NCBI GenBank assembly: GCA_951406725.2
Contig: OX597816.1
Location: forward strand, 34,224,001-34,288,000
Length of the DNA stretch: 64,000 nucleotides
Direction: 5' to 3'
Source of the DNA: Octopus vulgaris
Taxonomy: Eukaryota
A program made the translations under genes and the position numbers. Every line of letters begins with the position of its first letter. Position 1 is the stretch's first letter. The notes beneath the pieces are model-generated. The model was not told the origin of the DNA, did no database searches, and worked only from the letters and a program-made list of their open reading frames with translations. Positions 57,001 through 64,000 of the stretch are shown here, piece by piece.

Positions 57001-59731
57001 CTGCCTTGAGTACTCTTCTCATCCAAAATGCAAAATGCACTCTCACACGGTCTGCATTTTCCACCCTTTCCATGTAAATCTCAGTTTTACAAAACATTTA
57101 CCCACACCATTCACCACTTACCATCTCATACACACTCCACTTCTACCCCACACGCATATACCCTACACCGTTCAACTCATTACTCAACAACACACATACA
57201 CACCATTTACGCTCAAACGAAATTTATCTGTATCTACACACACGTACGGTCGCACTTTCTTCATACTCCCAATATATTAGTGCGCACCGAACCACATCCC
57301 CCTTCACACTTAAAATAGTTAGTATAAAAACATACGCCTAAACTTCCCAAACACTAGGACTGCTGTTACAATTCAACCGAACATGCATATCTAGTGTAAT
57401 CCATTTAACATTCTCATACAAACGTCAGATAAACTCACACGCAAATATACGGTTTCATGTTTACATTTACACGCGCAAAAATACAAAGTGTGTAGGAACA
57501 CATACTAGATTCACACATATTATCCAATGGTCGTATATACGCACAAGACAAACTGAGAACAGCGGGACAAAAACTAACATACAATCATACAGACACACAG
57601 AACGCGTGCAATATATACGCGGACAATAGTTACATACACACATGTGCATATACACTAAAATATATCGCATAAAATATTAAGAACGCACACACGTATGTAC
57701 AAATGCACACACGCACAAGCTCTGAAGGGCACAATATCTTCATGCCTCAATCGCCCTCTTCATCCTCCGGGCATTTCAGTAGGAGGTAACCGTCTACTTG
57801 AAAAACTTTGTACTCTTCTCTCTGTATTATTTTCCTCTGCTCACCTATTCTCTTTGCAGAAGTGCGTAACAAACAGACGTAATAAGATTTTTACTTGTAG
57901 TTTTCCTGAGGGTAAGTGTAATATATACAGTTTGTATAATTGCACATGCGTGTGGGAAATATCAATGTATGCAAGTGAATCCATCTTTTTTTATTTGATG
58001 GCAAAAGATGGAATCCAGGAACTGAGAAGAAATATTTTGATATTATTTTTACTGTCCTGTTATAGTGTTCACTTGACATAATCGCTAACAGTGGTGTAGT
58101 TAAGGGTTAGGAATGTATTGCTATTTATAACGACACTATTACAACCTGATTAGTTCAAACGTACACACAAATGCAAGTAAATTAATATGATGTATTTCGA
58201 CTTACATTAGTACATGAAATCTTAGATGATGACTATCATCATTATTACAGATGCAAATACAAATATTATTCATACATTTTGATAACATTATAGAAGGGAT
58301 CAGGTTCTTCGCTTAATACTAAACATATTTACGTGAGAATCTGAAAGTCTCAAAGTCTAACAGAGCAAAAAAAAAATAAAAAACTGGACCCTACAAAAAC
58401 TTGCAAACTCAGTTTGGAATGTAAATTTCAAGCAATCTGTAATATACCTAAGACTAAAAAACAAGTGATACATTTTCAGTCTTTAATATTGTTGCTCAAT
58501 TTCTAGGAACATTCCAATCAGCATGCAGGAATATTTCTACAAATTTACCCGTCGAGTTAAACTGGAGTTTACTCGATCCATATTATATCTGCTATATATC
58601 CTAAATTCAGCAACGAAATTCAACCATGCCCGCATATGGGTTAGTTTCTATAATTCATATAACGTGCCTGAAGGTTTATGAGCACAACTCTCATTATACT
58701 TTTCAAAAAACAAACAGAAAAAAAACTATCGGTCTCGCTATCGCATTTTCTATCTGTATAATATACACGTGTGTAAATACATCCATTTACACACACACAC
58801 ACACACATACACAGTACACACACACATAAACGCACACACACGCCTACATACACAAACCCAGATACACACACATATATATATCTGCACAACAGAAGCGAGA
58901 TTGAGAGAGATTTAGAGGAAATAATTTTATTGTTAAATTGAGACCCATTGTAATTGGACAATTATATTAACAATTATAGATGTTGATAATGATACATACT
59001 ACTGCTATCAGTACTGCTGCCACTGACACCTCAACAATAATAAAAGTGATGGGAGAACGGTAGTAGTGTTGACCGAATAATCATTGACTCCATTGAAATG
59101 TAAACATTTCTGGAGTAATATTAGAATTCAATGAAAACAGGAATGTTGTTTACGATATTCCAAAATATTGCCAAACAATTATTCTTTTATGTGCAGCCAA
59201 TGTAAAGAATCCTTGACGTGCCCACCAAACCATGACGCCTAAGCCACGGACTCATTAATTGAAATACAATTCGAATTTAGTGCATTCACCGATTCGTGAC
59301 ATCTGAGCCACACGTTGATTCGTCAAAATACTGTCTGAATCCAACGTAGGGTATTCAATGGATAAACCCAAACATTTCACAACAATTGTCAACTGCGAAA
59401 CACAACTATCACTGTAGAAACCTGATGATTGCGTAACGCATAAAAATGCAACTTTATTTCAATAAGAATATGGATGTAATATATAGGTCCAGGTTAAGTC
59501 CCACTGCGGGGAACCTTGGCAAAGTGTCTTTTACTATAGACACTGGCAAACTACAGTCTTGTGATATTTTTGGTTGATGAAAATGAATGAAAATCCTTGC
59601 GAGTGGATTTCTTAAACGGGATCTAAAATTGGCTGTTCCATATGACTAGTAGTTTAACATCGGGTAGATATTCTACTCACTGGTTATGAATGTGACGCTT
59701 CACCCTGTATATACAATATATATTGCTAGCT

Positions 59732-59769
<38 letters not shown>

Positions 59770-60041
59770 ACACACTTATAAATGTGTATACAATAGCCTC
59801 TGTCTTTCAAAATCGTTTTGGGTGGATTTCTTAGACGGAAGTTTAACGCCAGGAAGATCTTCTGCCAGCAGGGGAAGCGAAACCCTAATATCCTCTAGCA
59901 AACAACAGGATCGCATGATGACTCAGTTTTGAACTAGTTACGACATACTCAATCGTCAGCATCTGGTTACCAGATACTGGCGATAATCAGGGTCCTCTGC
60001 AGGCAGCAACATATTGCAAACAAAGTGACCATTTGTATATA

Positions 60042-61660
60042 CAGTATACCACAGCAGTATGTACTAACTTTAAAATATCAGTAAAATTTACTTTACTTTG
60101 ATATTATCGACGGAAATCAAACGAAATGTATGCTGAATAAAATATATTATACATGCAAACATTATACAAATTTGAAACAGAAAACAATAAACATTTTCAA
60201 ATATATGAACAGAATATTAATTTTAAAACGTTACAAAAGTATGCACAGCCTAAAGTTTTATTTGATATTTTCAATATTTGGTGTGATTCCTTTTGCTTTC
60301 AATGACTGCATTGAGTCTTCTGGACATAGAGTCGACTAAACCTCCGCATAGAACCGATGAAATCGAACGCCATTCAACCTGAATGATGTTTTTCAACTGT
60401 GTTTCATTACGGTTTTTTTTCTCTGCGGACTTCCTTTACAAAGCACCTCGCAGTTCTGCCTGCTGGTTATCTATTGGTTTTACATCAGGTGAGAAACTAC
60501 GCGAAGGCAACACCTTTATCTCTTTATCTGGTAAAAAAATTAGACGTCATCTTTGAAGTGTGTTGAAGGTCATTATCATGTTGGAACATGAAATTTATTC
60601 CTAGTTCCTTGATGCTTTTCAACGTTGTTTGCTGTAATATGTCACAATAAAGCATCGAATTCATTGTTCTCCCAATAAACGTGAGTCCTCCCACAGCAGC
60701 CACACCCATGCATCCCCATATCATGACATTTCTGCCGCCGTGTTTTACAGGAGGCACGGTGGACTTTTGCTATTATCTTTACCTGGTCGTCGCCATATAC
60801 GTTTAATACCATCTGACCCAAACAATATGATTTTTAGTCTTGTCAGAAAAAAAGAATTTTATTCCAAAACGCCTTTCCCTTGCTCACATCGACCAGATTA
60901 ATGCCTGGAAGTGAAAAGAGGCTTCCTACGAGGAATGGATCCATTAACACCACACTGGTTCAAACTTCGATGAACTGTTTGTACTGATACATATTTTCCG
61001 CAAACAGGAGACCAAATATGATGTGGTACGATGACTGTCGTCCAGCAAATAATGATAGACATGGCAAATATAACACGCAGTTAAAACAGAAAGACGAAAT
61101 GAACGTATGGTTATTGCTCAGCCGTAGAGTAGCTTTGTACTTCTGAATCACTTTGGTAACTGTGTTTACGCTAAATATTCGTTTGCTAATTAACTTGTAT
61201 TCTAAACCATTCTTGTGCAAATTAAAAATAATCTTCTTCAAATCTTTCGACAATTCTTTTCCTTTTCTTGCCATTTTAATCACAATGAAGAAGATTTTCC
61301 CCACAATACACAAATCAAAATTCCTGCAAATGCTATAACAATGACCGGTGCAAAATAATCAGGAGAAATTTATTAGAGTTGAAATTACCAGCTGTATCTG
61401 AATGTAGTAAAACAAGTGGATAAAATATTGAATATAGCAAATTTACTTCAGGTTGTACATATCTTTGTGAAGTTTGAAAATTAATATTTCGTTCACATCT
61501 TTGAAACTGTTTGTTGTTGTGTGTTCCACATTTGTATTATGTTAGGATATCTAATATATTTTATTCAGTATAAATTTTGTTTGATTTCCCCCCACATTAT
61601 CAGAGTAATGGCAATTTTACTGAAATATTTTAGGGTTGCACATACTTCTTTGAGATACTC
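60042..61660 (-). mobile_element. Tc1-family DNA transposon, decayed, with TIRs of about 240 bp
   Basis: TA|CAGTAT... and ...ATACTC|TA ends. 60042-60280 is an imperfect inverted repeat of about 61420-61660. Contains transposase remnants. Confidence 0.9.
60290..61274 (-). pseudogene. Tc1 (DD34E-type) transposase pseudogene
   Basis: MARKGKELSKDLKKIIFNLHKNG..YKLISK (paired-like HTH), VKHGGRNVMIWGCM and FQHDNDLQHTSK. Frameshifts and stops present. Confidence 0.9.
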
Positions 61661-61776
61661 TATATATATACATATGTCTGTGTATCTCCCTCTCTCTTTC
61701 TCTGTCTCTCTCTCTCTCTCTGTATATATATATATATATATAATTAATCAATATAGGGTGGCAAAAACATTTTGTA

Positions 61777-61847
<71 letters not shown>

Positions 61848-61900
61848 AATACACATACATATATATAAATATATAGTATACATACGTATATCTGTGTTTG

Positions 61901-61939
<39 letters not shown>

Positions 61940-62376
61940 GGGGAGAAAGAGAAAGAAAGAGAAAGAAAGAGAGAGAAAGAGAGAGAGATAAAGACACACA
62001 TACATATTTCTATATATGGCCTGAGAGTAAGAGAATTAAGGGAGAGCTTGTGCTTGTATAAAAAAAAAATTGGGGAAAACTGGAAAAACCAGGGGATTCG
62101 AAAGAAACACTGCATGTAAGACACAAAGCTGTAATATATTGGTACTTCATATGGAGCCTCATAACTACGCATAGAACTGTTATTTTGATGAGTATATACG
62201 TACAGATTCAGTATTTATTGGCATATAGCAGTTGGTGTTTATGTAAGGAAACGTAGAGGAAATTGGACGATAAATGGGCATTTATTTCTCGGTAATCTAC
62301 TCCAATATGCTGAACTAATCACGAACAGGCTATGGCGCATTTACATACAAACATCTATATTTTTCCCCATATTTTC

Positions 62377-62421
<45 letters not shown>

Positions 62422-63626
62422 AACGATTATATATATATATATATGCAAACGATTACGTCTGTAAGTTTCTATCAATGTGCGTGTTGTGTACGTTTATTAG
62501 TACATACTTTAAATTGTATCCCCAAAATCAGGAGGTACTCTCTCCCCCACCGAGTCTTGCTTGCATATTATTGATAACCTATGTGAATTTCAAACTTTTC
62601 TATGTAATATTGCCTACGTTATTATTACACAGCGTAACGAATATTGCATTTCATGGTTACGTAATTTTGATAGATTTGGAGAAAAACATACTTTCGACAG
62701 AACTTACTCTCATTGCTATGGCCATATATTAGTCATTTTTCTTTCTGTCCGATTTTTATATGCACACTTTTTTATAAACAGAAACTTATGTGAAAATGTA
62801 TTAACCGTTCATTTATTTCGTATACCTATAGCTAACATTACTTATATATAAAGAATATCTTGAAATTGGTGAAACAATCCTCATATGCTGCTTAACATGT
62901 CTAATGAATACACGACATTTTGGAAGAATGGTGATTTTGACGCCATGTCTATTTGCATGCGATGCACTTTCCGTATATTTTTTATTCCACTCACGATTAA
63001 GGATAAATTTGCTGTATTTTATTTTGATGGAAAATGAAACTTATGTTTTCATGTAGGTTGTCTGAAGGGCTATACATGTTTTATGAGGTACAGCAAACCA
63101 ATAACTTGAAACAAAAAGTATATCTCGATCAACATGAAACTAAAGTAAAATATTCATAGGCAAAATATATTTTCTTGCAATATATATCTTTACTATTATA
63201 AAATGTTTCGTAAGCCCAAAATGTTGCTCTTTCAGAAAACGAGAAAATTGTTTCACCATTCCATAGTAAAATTGCTTTCCTACACTTTGATATCTTGGCA
63301 AATTTGGATATCTTACGCTTCTGAAGAAGCTGGAGATACGATAGTTTGAACAAAAGAACCGGTTATTGCAAGCAAAAATAAATGATATTGAAATAAACGC
63401 ATTCGGCCTAGCTTGTCTTAGGTGGGTCGCTTCAGCCAGGGGCAGAAAAACAGAAGTAGTGGGATCGTGCCTGTGGATTTTCGTCGACTGACAGCCTCTT
63501 CGATACAGCTGAACTGCATTCTCTCTACTACCACGGTAGTGGACCACCATGTCTGCAGCTGCACGGTTGAATCGAATAAAAGAATGAAATAATATATATA
63601 TACAGGGAGAGAGAGAGGGAAAGAGA

Positions 63627-64000
63627 TAGGAGTGCCTGTGTAGCAAGTAGCTTTTTTACGTATAACATAGTTCCGTGTTCAGTCCCACTGCGTAGCACCT
63701 TGAGCAAGTATCTTCTAGTAAAACCACGGGTCGATCAAAGCCTTATGAGAGGATTTGGTATACGGAAACTGAAATAACCCCGTCATATATAAATGCGTGT
63801 GTGTGTATGTGTGTGCGTGTGTGTGTGTCCATCATCGCTTGACAAGATGTACTGGTGTATTTACGTCCCTCTAAAACAGCGGTTCGACAAAAAGACATCG
63901 ATAGAATAAGTATTAGGCTGAGAAATTTCTAGGATCGATTTGCTTGACTAAAGCCGGTACTCTAGCATAGCTACATTCAAACTATTGAGACAAGTAAAAG
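63627..64000 (+). mobile_element. SINE, family B
   Basis: Colinear with 7443-7843 (gttcagtcccactgcg...gactgaaacaagtaaaag-like 3' end). Confidence 0.85.

Noticed and set aside
59415-59450. CTGATGA-TTGCGTAACGCA-TAAAA hammerhead-like stretch
   Set aside because: GAAA box, stem III and stem I are missing.

Overview
AT-rich, microsatellite-dense animal genomic DNA, intronic or intergenic. The repeat families look like those of octopus or another coleoid cephalopod; this is recognition from memory, not a database result. I cannot support any host protein-coding exon, and nearly all ORFs in the track are microsatellite artefacts. The window holds: tRNA-derived SINEs of at least three families; a mariner-like MITE; a decayed Tc1 transposon with long TIRs (60042-61660); LINE fragments (CR1/L2-like, RTE); a decayed Penelope-like (PLE) RT (4660-5715); and a 5'-truncated PLE with an open GIY-YIG endonuclease frame (38232-40225). 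The most notable signal is a recurring fold-back architecture, (TA)n-arm-loop-inverted arm-tail-(TA)n. In most cases the arms carry type I hammerhead ribozyme motifs, several with an unusually long (50-60 nt) stem II and a palindromic stem III. It occurs in several unrelated sequence families, from 100% identical arms (37210-37922) to strongly diverged arms (50757-50989). One family links directly to the GIY-YIG PLE. There is a 100-N gap at 29388-29487.
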